In this document: positions 1 through 10,252 of the stretch, piece after piece
Numbering within the stretch: position 1 is the stretch's first letter
Layout: every line of letters begins with the position of its first letter
Origin: Atractiella rhizophila
Lineage: Eukaryota
Direction: 5' to 3'
NCBI GenBank assembly: GCA_021432655.1
Contig: MU271236.1
Coordinates: forward strand, 108,803-128,802
DNA length: 20,000 nt
Made by a program: the position numbers and the translations under genes
The notes under the pieces: model-generated
Told to the model about the DNA's origin: nothing
Databases searched by the model: none
The model's input: the letters and a program-made list of their open reading frames with translations, nothing else

Positions 1-290
1 ATTTGCAACAGTGTGATGAGAAATCCTCCAATCTGATGGGAGAACTTGCGGTGTCATGTGATGTCCCTCAAGATGTCGATGATAAATGAGCTATGCTTGA
101 GTAGTCATGATGCGACGTTTCTCAAATCTTATGGAATTCCTATGGAATTTCACCGGAACTTATGCGCGGGATCACTCTATCGTTTGTAGCAGGTTTTGAA
201 GTGAAGTGAACCACGGTAGGAGCCATGATACTGTAAAATCGAATTTGACTTCTGTGACGGCGAAGGTTAAACGTAATTCATTCATGATTA

Positions 291-300
291 GGCTTCGAAC
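291..300 (-). promoter_or_regulatory. Inverted B-box-like element (GTTCGAAGCC on minus strand) upstream of a candidate hairpin RNA
   Basis: GGCTTCGAAC on + fits the B-box GWTCRANNC on -. Orientation and about 56-bp spacing match the elements before U4 and the tRNA-like genes. Confidence 0.4.
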
Positions 301-355
301 CCTGTCCGAGGTTTGCGAGCTTTTGTATTGCGTCCTCTAAGTTGTTTGAAGTTTG

Positions 356-422
356 AAGCATGCTATTGAGTACGATAGTGATAGGCATTATCTTCAGCTA
401 GCCCTTTGTACGTTTCATGCTT
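356..422 (+). ncRNA. Candidate structured small RNA (long imperfect hairpin)
   Basis: Nested stems AAGCATG(356-362)/CATGCTT(416-422), GTACGA/TTGTAC, TAG/CTA and GATAG/TTATC; T-rich tract at 440-450; upstream inverted B-box. Confidence 0.3.
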
Positions 423-1258
423 ACCTCCACTTAAAAGACTTTTGTGTTTTCTGCTACTCTCCTACTCCTATCAACCCCTGTCCATTAAGAACGCTGGTGA
501 GGAGAGCAGTGGATTATACGGCTTGAAACCTCCCAAATACCACTGATTGATTCGTCAAGGCAGAGAGGTATCAGATGTCAACTGTCCGTCCCGGGCGGTT
601 ATCGCATGAGCCAAGACTCTTCAGCTGAGCAAACTTTGCATTTGTCTCAACTTTGCATTACACTTCCGCAAGTGGAGAGCGTTGCAGGAGCACGCAAAAG
701 TTCGATTGGAAGACTTTCCGTGTGGATGAGGCGAGAAACGCATTCAGACGAGCAACATGAATTCTCTTGTCTCTATCACGATAGCACACTGAAAGATATC
801 GGTTCCCCTCGACTATTGTGAGGTAGAAGGCGGTACCGGCTCCAACGAAATCTACCGGGGTTCACGCTACACGGGCAAGTCGTACAATTGATGGTGCTGG
901 CTTGGCGAGGATAGGTGAATGAAAGATGAACTGCAAACGCGTGGATGAGAAGAGCTAGGACGATAGGTGATAGCGAAGAAGGAATGTCCATTCAGCTCAC
1001 AGGGTTTCTCAAACTTCTCTTGCGATCCCACCTCACGATGCACAGGATGATCCACCTCCACGATACACGAGGTTCGTCTCGACAGTCATCCGTTCTGAGG
1101 TGTTCGTCAGTCCCGGATCTCCTCGACTTGCTGAACTGGTCAGGAGTGCTGAGGTCGCAATCGAATTTCGCGATCCAGAATGCGAGACTCAGTCAAGCTA
1201 TAAAAGCCACTCCTTGTCTGCTGTAAACGCAACGCGCTTCTCTCGGATATCTGCAAGC

Positions 1259-2783
1259 ATGATCTCGAAGTTCTTGCCTCTCCTCTTAGCTGCCAGCGCT
1301 CTCGCTGCCCCTAGCCCCTTTGATGGTCAAATCTTCGCTTCGTGAGTGTTGTGCTTCGTTTAACGAAACTTGCGCTGATCTCTGTGTCTAGACCTTGTGG
1401 CAGCGACCTTACACCCTCTGAGGTAGCTTCTGCGGAAGCTAGCCTGCAGAGCGCTTTGGATGCTAAAGGATTGACCCTTGACGACTACTCTTCCGTTGCG
1501 AAAGTCAGGACCGCTCCTGGAGCTCGCGTTGCTGCTCCTGTCAAAGTTTGTGCGTATATTTCGATGTTTTGGTGGAAATGATGTATGGACTCATGTTTCG
1601 GCAGACTTCCACAACATCTACTCCACCAACAGCTCCAGCGGCGGATACCTCACTGATGCTCAGATTTCCAGCACCATGTCAGTCTGTTCTCACGTCATGG
1701 TTTTTATTCTGATTATTTGGTTTAGCTCCACTCTTAACTCTCAGCTCTCTTCCACTGGTGTTACTTTCACCCTCGCTGGAACAACCAGGACTCAGAACTC
1801 CAACTGGTTCTCCAGTGCTGGACCTAACCTCAACACCGGCGCTGAAAATTCATTGGCTATTGCCATGAAGACCGGCTTGAGGCAGGGTGGCGTTGCTGAC
1901 TTGAACCTGTACACTGTTGCATTTTCAGTACGCACATTCGACCAATCCTGCTTTGCGCATAGGTGACGTTTGCTTCAGGGGTCTTTGAATGGCTTGCTAG
2001 GCTATGCGTAAGATTTCTTTCGGTGGATCGAAAAACACTTCCTAATTGGGAATACAGTACCTTCCCATGGTGGTATGAGGATGAGCCCGAATACGATGGA
2101 GTCGTTTACAGATATGGTATGCATTTACTCTCTTCTTGATGCCAGTCCTGACCGTAGATCGCAGACACGACCCCCGGATCCACTCTGACTGTACGCTAAT
2201 GTTCCCACACCACTTTAGATGCCTTAATATTGCAACCAGAACTACAACCAAGGCAAGACCCTTTCTCATGAAGTTGGTCACTGGCTTGGTCTCTACCACG
2301 TTTTCCAGGGTGGATGCACCGGTGATGGCGGTACGTTGTCTATCATAGCTGAGACGACGGGGATGTAAACGATTATTCAGATTTCGTATCCGACACTGCT
2401 CCTCAGGCTGGTCCTACCAGTGGTTGCCCGGCCACTGCCCCAGACACTTGCTCTGGAGGCGGAGTTGACAACGTCAGTATTTCTCCGTTCTAAATGAATA
2501 CCCATCACTAACGGAGTAAACAGATTCACAATTGTAAGCATTTTCTGTGCTCGAGAGTATGTCTCATTAATATTGACTATGACCTCCATAGTCATGGATT
2601 GTGAGTTGAAATCTCTCTTGCATTGCTTCTACTTATTTATCCTTAGACACGATCGACACTTGCAAGAACCAGTGGACCGCTGGACAGATTACTCGTCTCA
2701 CGGCTGCGTAAGTCGATAATCTGTCCGCAATTCCGTTACTGACAGCCCAATGCAGGATCGATATCTACAGGGGCATCGTGTGA
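1259..2783 (+). CDS. Secreted zinc metalloprotease, family M43B (pappalysin-like / fungal MEP1-type), many introns
   Basis: Signal peptide [16 protein letters not shown]; Cys-switch-like PCGS; zinc motif [11 protein letters not shown] (2267-2299) followed by FQGGC; Met-turn IHNFMDY rebuilt across micro-exons; more than 10 GT..AG introns (first 1342-1391); stop TGA 2781-2783. Confidence 0.92.
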
Positions 2784-2999
2784 AGGACGGAGAAGCGCTC
2801 GACGAAAAAATGTTTCGGTGTATTGTCACAGAACTGTCGTTGAAACGATCATTGTTTATTCAAGTTGTAGCTTTGGTGCCAACTTTCTGCGAACCCAAGT
2901 ACCCAGAGATCTAGTAAGCATACAAAGGCATGAATGGTGAACGATGAGCGTAATATTACAAGTGATAACTCAAAGATAACATCATCACAGCAGGGAGAA

Positions 3000-5650
3000 T
3001 CACATAATAGTGCAACCGGTTTCCTCCTTTTGAGATTGGCTGCTACTCGCTTTCTCCTTCGGAGCGAGGCGCTTCAAAGGAACAACCTTTCTGCGACTTG
3101 CCAACCTGCCACCATTTGCCATGATATTCACAGCTGTCCTCGCCAACTGAGCTCGAGGAGGCATGGGCGTGCTTTTCGCCTTCATCATACACCGAACGCT
3201 CCAAGGAAGATTCGATGAAGAACCGACTGGAGGGCGAACATGTCGCCCTTGTTCCTCAGAAGGGAGCTGAAATTGTTCCTTCTCTTGAGGTGTCAGACGG
3301 TGCTTCGCTTCTGCCTCCAGTGCTTTCTCTGCGATCAAACGACCAATCGATCCATGCCTCTCTTCCATTGCCTGTGCGCTACGTTTAATACGATCGCTCC
3401 ACGAGACACTTTCACGGAATCCGTTCTCGATCTGGGATTGTGTTGCTCCTGAGTGTGGAGAGATCTTCTGCTCGCTTGCTCCTTTAAAAAACGAGGCAAA
3501 CCAAGGTGAGGTTTCATCAGGAGGTGCACTGCGTGTGGTCGTTGCATCAAGTTTGACTGATGGTTCTTCCACTCGTTCTTCAGGTTTACCTTCTTCCTTT
3601 GGAATAGTGGTTTGCAGTCGTTCCTTCGCTTCCTTCTCCTCGAGCTCTCGGATTTGTGCATGCAAGCTTTGGAGCGCTTCGTTTCTCAATTGATTTCCAT
3701 ACGCCATCGAACGCTCCGCCGTCGTGGTAGCGTTGCTTTCATCAAAGTGAGGGAAACTCGCTTCTTTTTTTGGGAGAGGAGCAGCATCACCGAAAAGGTA
3801 GTCGTTAATGGGTGAGGGATTGTCTGGTGAGGAAGAATCGGGGAGACGCTTCCGTGGTTTCTGCTCACTTTCTCCTATTGACGGTTCGCCCGATGAAGCA
3901 GCGACATGCTCCTCAGGGTTAGAGGATGGGCCAGAATGCTGATGCCTGTGTCCACACCCCGTTTTGTGTTCCTCCTCTTCTCGCAGCAGCCTTTCTTCTT
4001 CACTCTCACGCAGCTCGTCTCCTTCAGCTCTTCGTTGACTGAGCTTCACAAGTTCCTCCAACCTTAACCCGCGCTGCAGTAATCCACTATTCTCCAAGTC
4101 CTTCGTACTCATTTCTTTTAGCGTACCAGGGTCAAGACCATGTTTCGAGAGCAGTTTAGAGACTCGGGTATGTGAGGAGAGAGCGAGGGTGGTTGTTCTC
4201 AGGAAGGGAAGGAAGGCTTCTGGCGGTGTCACCACCGCTGGAGGTCGCGAAGCGGAGGACGAAGCAATGGGTGGGTTATCCGGTTGATCCTGCCCCAGTT
4301 ATCGTACGCGAACGTTTTCAGCGCAAGAGAGCAGAAACTTACATAGAAGGAATCCAAGAAACTACTCTTCCTCACTCCTTCTTGCACCATCTTCGACTCT
4401 GATACCTCACCGCCCGTTTGTGAGGAAGAGACAAGCGGCAATGTATCCTTGCCATCGATTAGGAGCCACTCCTCCTCTCCAACCTGGGCACGAACGGTCT
4501 TCCTTTCTTCCTCACTCCAATCTTCGATCTGTGTCGACAGCTGCAGTGAGGCCAAAACCTGCGCGACACGTGGATAAGAATCGAGCGCAAGTTCTGTGCT
4601 TGACAGGAGGGAAAGGTACTGGCGGGGATCTCGAGGGAGTGAAGTCGAAGCTGGGATGGATCTGGATCCCGCAAGGAGACTCGAGGTAGCAATATCCGGA
4701 TCGAATGTAGAGATATTGTCCATTGCAACATTCTTTTCCATCTTTGGAGATGATTCTTGCGCTGGGATATTAGTGGTTGTCGCGAAATCAGGATCCGGAG
4801 CTGCTTCTCTGGTTAAGAATGGTGATGTCGGGATAGATGTTGTTGTAGCAAAGTCGGGGTCAAGGGTGGGAATGGATGAGTTCGATGCAGCTGGCATTGC
4901 GCCAGCAGTGATATCAGGCACAAACTCGCCCCTTCTCACTCTCTCCAACAATTTCACCTTCTCCTCCTCCCCCAGCACCCTACGTGATCTCACATTCAAC
5001 TCCATAACCTCCTCACCCAATTTTTCCCTTGCCGGTTCCTCAAAAAAGTCATGCAAAAAAGTGCTTCTCCTCTCCTTGGAGCCATCCGTCGTCGTACTAA
5101 TGGTTTGCAGACGCTCAGATGGAGTAGGCGTCGCGGATAAAGGGGAAGAAGCTCTTCTGCGGTCCTCCAACACTCTCTCCATACTCCTGATCTCCTCCCA
5201 AACCGCTTCCAACTCCTGGGACTCCGTACTCCCTTCCTTTACCTCTCCCAGTCTCTTCACTTCATCAATGTACGACCTTATCCTGTCGGGGTGGCCGCGT
5301 GTAAATAGTGGTGACGCGAGGATGTCCCGAAGGGTATGACCACTGATTACAGTCTCGAGATGCGGGTTAACAGAGGACGAGGATTTTGATTGTGGCGTGT
5401 TATCACTTCGGGGAACGACGGATGAATTTGAACTTGAGGTTGCTGAGGACGCCTCGATATTGTCTCTGGATGGATTGGGTCTAGCTGAATCTGTTGCTCT
5501 CGATGGAGACTGGGGAAGGAATTCGATGTCAATAAACCATCGTTTTTCGTGGTTCTGCTGCAAAGGCGCTTTGACTGGGTCTACTTTCGCCTCCTCCTTT
5601 CTACCTCGAGTGAAGTATGAAAGTCCAGAATCAAGGCTGTGCCTTTGTTC
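3000..5650 (-). CDS. Large low-complexity hypothetical protein (3' part) with a C-terminal CaaX motif (CTIM)
   Basis: ORFs 4229-5563 and 3000-4235 join in frame via a GTAAGT..CAG intron at 4290-4342 (phase 0). The frame stays open up to a TAG acceptor at 5651 with a CTGAC branch site. The start lies further upstream. Confidence 0.75.
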
Positions 5651-5739
5651 CTAACGATAAGAGTGTCAGGTACCAGAGGTCAACATGCCGCCAACTCATA
5701 ACCAGCCAATGATCAGTAAAATAAAGCGGGAAAGCGAAC

Positions 5740-8609
5740 AAATAGTTGAGTGTATCACACTTTTGTGTCAGCCTTTGTGGTAAGTCTAAAGCGACATCCT
5801 GTTAACTATATTTGACGTAAGAGATCGTTTGATCCCTACGGTGCAAGGCAGCTGGGCAAATATTCGCCACGACGTATCCGTTGGTGAAGATGAAGACACA
5901 AACACGAAGTATGTGTTTAATTGCAATCGGTGTGCTCGTCGTTTAAGCATACAGCAATAACTTGGCCGAAAAATTTGTACACCCACCTCGGGGCTTTCCT
6001 GGCTCCCCAGACATGGAGACAGATGACTGCTGAGCGGACAAGAATCGCCACACAAACGGTTGCACCTTCCTTCCTTGTTGTATATACAAACCACAAATGC
6101 TCACCTCTGCATCTTCCACCTTCGTAAATTGCTCTTCCAGTTGCAGTTTACTGTCCTTGAATCCTTGGGTCATTCTTTTCAATCCATCCAGCTGCTCCTT
6201 GTCAGAACCCTTCCCATCATTCCCCTGCTCAAGCCAGCCGAAATACCCCTCCGGATCCAGAGAACGACTGCGACGTCGAGAACCGAACATGATGCCCTGA
6301 AGCTCTGGAACGGTGAAAGAGACGAGTTAGAAAGGATTGGTGTTGAACTGTCAGCAAGCAATAATGGCCGAACTTTGCCTTTTGCGGGACCAAAATGTGA
6401 TTGTGCTGGTATACATATCGGTCAGAGCAAGCAGAATAACATTAACAGAAAATCAAAAATGCTAAGCGTTACAACATTCAATGGGAATCAAAGATGACCG
6501 ATTATCAAAGGAAGTCCGTCGTAAGGGAATCTAGCGTTTCCACAAAGGCTTCCGGTTCAGAATCAAGATAACTCATCAGCTCAATTGACATAACGGAATA
6601 AAATTGATCATAATATGCAGCAAGCTTAAAGCCTTCCGCAATCCTGCGTTCCAATGGAGTCAAAACGACATCCTTGCCAGAATTGTTCGAACGTACCAAA
6701 AAACCACCTCTTTCCTATTCACGCCTCTTGTTCCAGCTTCACTTGCGTACCTTTTCATGAAATCTGTGTGTCTAAGGACATGCATTATGGTATGACAGAG
6801 TCCTTTGTGATCCCTTGCTGCTTGGGAACCAGCAATAATATTGCCCGCCTGTCGTCAGATTCCATCACTTGATTTCTTTTGAAAGTCGAGATAAAAGAGA
6901 CGGACGATAACATTCTTTTTCAATTGTTCGGCAATATACTCTATCGTACGCTCTACCACATTCTCGTACAACTCAACCACGCTTCGCAGTTCAGAGTCAA
7001 TGGCGATGGGTTCATTGAGCCTCTTCAGGTAGTAGCTGAGTGCGGCGTAACTGTACTCTCCTTCGTTAGCTCCGTGTACAACATACCAGAGAGCGAGTTA
7101 CTTGGTGAAAACAAAGGTCGGGAACTCCGTGCGCTCATTAAATATCCATATTGAACCTAAGTCCCATTTAAACTTAGCTCCTCAACCACAGGGAAGGGAG
7201 CATACGTTTCAGCGCTCCTAAACAATTGTCTTTGAACTCCAAGCCTGATCCCATACTAGCGCCACCGTTCAACTCCCTTTCCGCCCTTCCGTGAATAGGG
7301 AAACGAACAGTTGCTCAACCCACTTCCGCCTCCACATGACCCAAGCCATGGCCGTCTTGAAGTACCCAGCAGCAGCGTTTATGTCCGTGCAATTGTACGC
7401 TCTGAATCTAAGGGCATGCAGGGACCGGATGAACGCTGCAGCTCCTATCACCACCATTTCCTCCCATAAAGGCGAGGAAAAATCAGGGTCAGGATGTGAA
7501 AAGTTCGGTAGACTGGGAGGCGCTGGTGTTGGTGTGGTCGGAACGATGTAAGTGACTAATTGGGTAGGCAGAGAAGGATGGAGATAGGACATGAGTTCAA
7601 TGGTTTCTTGATCCGACCTGTGGAAACTTTTAGCACAGCTCATAGTCAAAAAAAGAGGAATTAAACATTTTGGATGGTTGTCTCCAATAAGCACTGAGAA
7701 AACAGTCTTCGATAATAGTTGAAAAGGTGATGTGTCGCAATAGCCTCGCTTTCTTCGATTCCCACCCACCCAGTTCTTCGATCGTGTTTTGTCTGCGTAA
7801 AGCCTCCACTTTCCGAACGACGGAGCGATTAATTTCTGACGCTTCTTTAACTTTTCCTAATCCTACATCATCCGCGAATTTTGGGTAATCTTACTTAGAA
7901 ATGAGAAAAGGGACGAACGGTGTAAGGTGATCTCGAAGTCAAGCGCCATTGCCACGCTTTCAAGGTCAGGTTCAGAATTCAGAATTCCGGAGTCGTGGAA
8001 GACCCTACTCACCCATATCAGCCAGCTATTGAATGGTGGTAAGCTGAACACATACCGAATGGCCCGTTCAGCTAGCGTGTTCACCGCCGATCGTCTGGAT
8101 ATGGAATATATTACCATGTCACCGATAAGTGTAGTCTTTTTCGGTGTTTTCATAGACACAATGGCTGGATGTCTGAACCGAACCAAGGCCATTTGTTAGT
8201 CTCTTACGAAATTAACGGAGGACAACCTACCCAGAAGTACTGGCGCCGCTAAGCAGAAGAGTTGACACCAGCAACTGTGCATTTATCAGCCTCATTTACA
8301 TCAATGGAGGCGAAGAACTGAAAGGGAACCGACCTCTCCATACTTGCCCATAGATGTCGGCTCTCTCCCTCTCCACTGAAACTCCCTAACCGTCTCCCAG
8401 TCAAATAGGTCATTGACCAGTCTGAAAGGATTGGACGCCAATGCTTCTTCGATCAAATGTAACCCCAAAGAGCCTTCTATTGATTTGGTAGAAAGACGTT
8501 CTTCGGTGGACGTGACAGCCGGCGCGCTGGGCCCTTGTTAAGTCCCATGCATTAGAAGGAGGTGGAGCTCACATGTATGCAGGTGGGGCGGAAGGTGCGC
8601 CGCGCTCAT
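5740..8609 (-). CDS. Multi-exon lineage-specific hypothetical protein, possibly the 5' part of the 3000-5650 gene
   Basis: Probable ATG at 8609 (MSAAHLPPHLHT) with GTGAGC donor at 8572. A chain of minus-strand ORF pieces (7863-8192, 7269-7769, 6505-6699, 5943-6290, 5786-6094) is separated by intron-like segments. No recognisable domain; exon boundaries uncertain. Confidence 0.55.
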
Positions 8610-9473
8610 TCTTGCGCCGTTTAAAGACACATCTGTGACAAGGAAGAGAATGAACACGGAAAGAGAGGAATCAAGCAGGTTGCCTACGGTATACCACGCT
8701 GTGTGCAGAGGGTGCAAAATGGCGGATCGGTGTTGTGTACTCGAATGCACCTGTGCAAATGGACCAGTCAGCTCCACTGCAAGTCACAGAATGTTGGTAA
8801 TAGATTGTAGAAAAATACAGAAACTATGTAGCATGTGCTACCTCTTACTGCCCAGCGAAGCTGTGCGACAATGGTGATGGTCTAGTGAAGATTGACGACT
8901 TTTTCCAGAAAATTATTGAAAGCCCGCCGTCTTTAGTTGACTCAGGGCTGATTCAAAAAGTTGCTCTCTCCTACTGGTAAGTCAATACACTTCATTCGTC
9001 GCGATGTAATGAGAGGACTCAGAAGTTTAGCATGGCTGTTGCTAGAGTAATTCCATTTGTCGCGGCATAGGGATATGATAGGGTCATACAAGTAAAGGAG
9101 AATCCGCTGAAGTTTTGTCTCAAGAATGTGAATTTGACTTCTATGGCCGGGAAACACAGTCGAGTTGTGACGCAGGAATGAATCCAATTCACTAGCAGCT
9201 GGAGCAGAAAGTCACATTTGTGCATCCCTTGGATTCTGGAGAGTACGAGAGCCAGGGGACGGCCGAGTATACCACTGTGGGGTACTAAGTATTTAATCGT
9301 GAAAGGTAACTAGATTCATGTCTCGGAAAATTAAATGAGAATGAAAGTGCTTGCTGACGCTAGATTCGCAACGCAACGCTGCGTTAGGTCTTGTAGGAGT
9401 CATGATATAGCTAAGGTAATCACAATTGACAGCTTTAGAAGAAAAATAAGGTAGATAGGAGCGCTATCAGCGT

Positions 9474-9809
9474 TCATCGGCTAGTCCGACATTGTTTCTT
9501 GGACGGACATTTACACCTTGCTGACTGCCTCTTGATCCACCTCCTCATCACACTTCAAGCAAAAGACAATTTCGATAAAATTTGAGCGGTATTGAACGTA
9601 GAAGTGACAAATGACACGACTTACTTCCTCTTCATGCTCCGACATGCCTCGCACGCATAAACAATCGGTTTCCCCTGTCCCCTCTTCCTCTTTGCACCAC
9701 CTATCGTCACCTCAGTTACTTTATAGACATCTCCCTTGTCACTACTGCCACTCGCTAACACTATCGTATGAGAATCACTCTCAGGAGAGGTCGAAGAGTC
9801 AGTGGACAT
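9474..9809 (-). pseudogene. Truncated Zn(II)2Cys6 (GAL4-type) transcription factor fragment
   Basis: ATG 9809; ...KRKRGQGKPIVYACEACRSMKRK matches the C-x2-C-x6 start of the cluster, followed by a GTAAGT donor at 9624. No nearby acceptor I tested completes the six-Cys cluster before a stop. Confidence 0.45.
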
Positions 9810-9867
9810 GATCGTTTGGTGGTGTGTCACTATTCCGCCCGCGGAACCACAAAAAATGAAAAATGCG

Positions 9868-9902
9868 GGACTCGAACCCGGGCAAGAACTAGCAGGTATA
9901 TA
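9868..9902 (+). promoter_or_regulatory. U4 upstream elements: inverted B-box (GGACTCGAAC, 9868-9877) and TATA (TATATA, 9897-9902)
   Basis: The minus strand reads GGGTTCGAGTCCC, a canonical B-box. The TATA begins 30 bp before the U4 start. Confidence 0.65.
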
Positions 9903-9926
9903 GAGCGCCCAGCCTGACAACTCAGT

Positions 9927-10063
9927 ATCTTTATGCTCGGGCACGCGTCATATCCAGTGAAGCTTAGCTGAGGAGTGACCATTTGCTAATTGCAAACTAC
10001 CCATCCAGATCCTCTTCTTCAACCTCCGTGTTAGGAAGGAATTTATGGAACCCTTGCGGGATC
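9927..10063 (+). ncRNA. U4: U4 spliceosomal snRNA
   Basis: 5' end AUCUUUAUGCUCGGG resembles fungal U4 (U4/U6 stem II). Kink-turn 5' stem-loop UCC-AGU-GA-AGC..GCU-GA-GGA closed by GUCAU/GUGAC. Stem I segment UUUGCUAAUUG. Sm site AAUUUAUGG (10040-10048), then hairpin CCC-UUGC-GGG and a T-run at 10068-10073. Confidence 0.9.
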
Positions 10064-10252
10064 TTTGTTTTTTAGCTTTCTGATACGTTTGTTTGATTAG
10101 CGAACAGGGACAGAGCACCTCGTGTTTGTTTGAACCTTTGCTTGATCTCATTTTGCCACTGGTGTTGTGACTTCAAGTTTTCGATTATTAATCGATTATA
10201 ATAAGTAGATCAATTCTGCATGAAATGGATTGCGAACAGATTCGGTTGCACA

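Noticed and set aside
129..160. Short direct repeat TATGGAATT x2
   Set aside because: Too short to distinguish from chance or local slippage.
606..1226. Short ORFs upstream of the metalloprotease
   Set aside because: No coherent splice pattern or recognisable motif; probably promoter or intergenic DNA.
4229..4342. Apparent frameshift between the 444-aa and 411-aa ORFs
   Set aside because: Explained by a canonical 53-nt intron at 4290-4342.
4596..5339. 247-aa plus-strand ORF, and similar antisense ORFs at 10225-10851, 13830-14480, 18236-18607 and 19242-19742
   Set aside because: Shadow ORFs opposite real genes with biased codon usage; no independent protein features.
5786..6094. Cys-rich ORF as a possible MYND or other zinc finger
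   Set aside because: Cys spacing fits no known finger, and much of it probably lies in intronic or off-frame sequence.
9860..9960. Minus-strand tRNA suggested by CGGGTTCGAGTCCCG (T-arm-like)
   Set aside because: No acceptor, D or anticodon arm can be built. The region overlaps U4 on the + strand, so it is better read as an isolated B-box.
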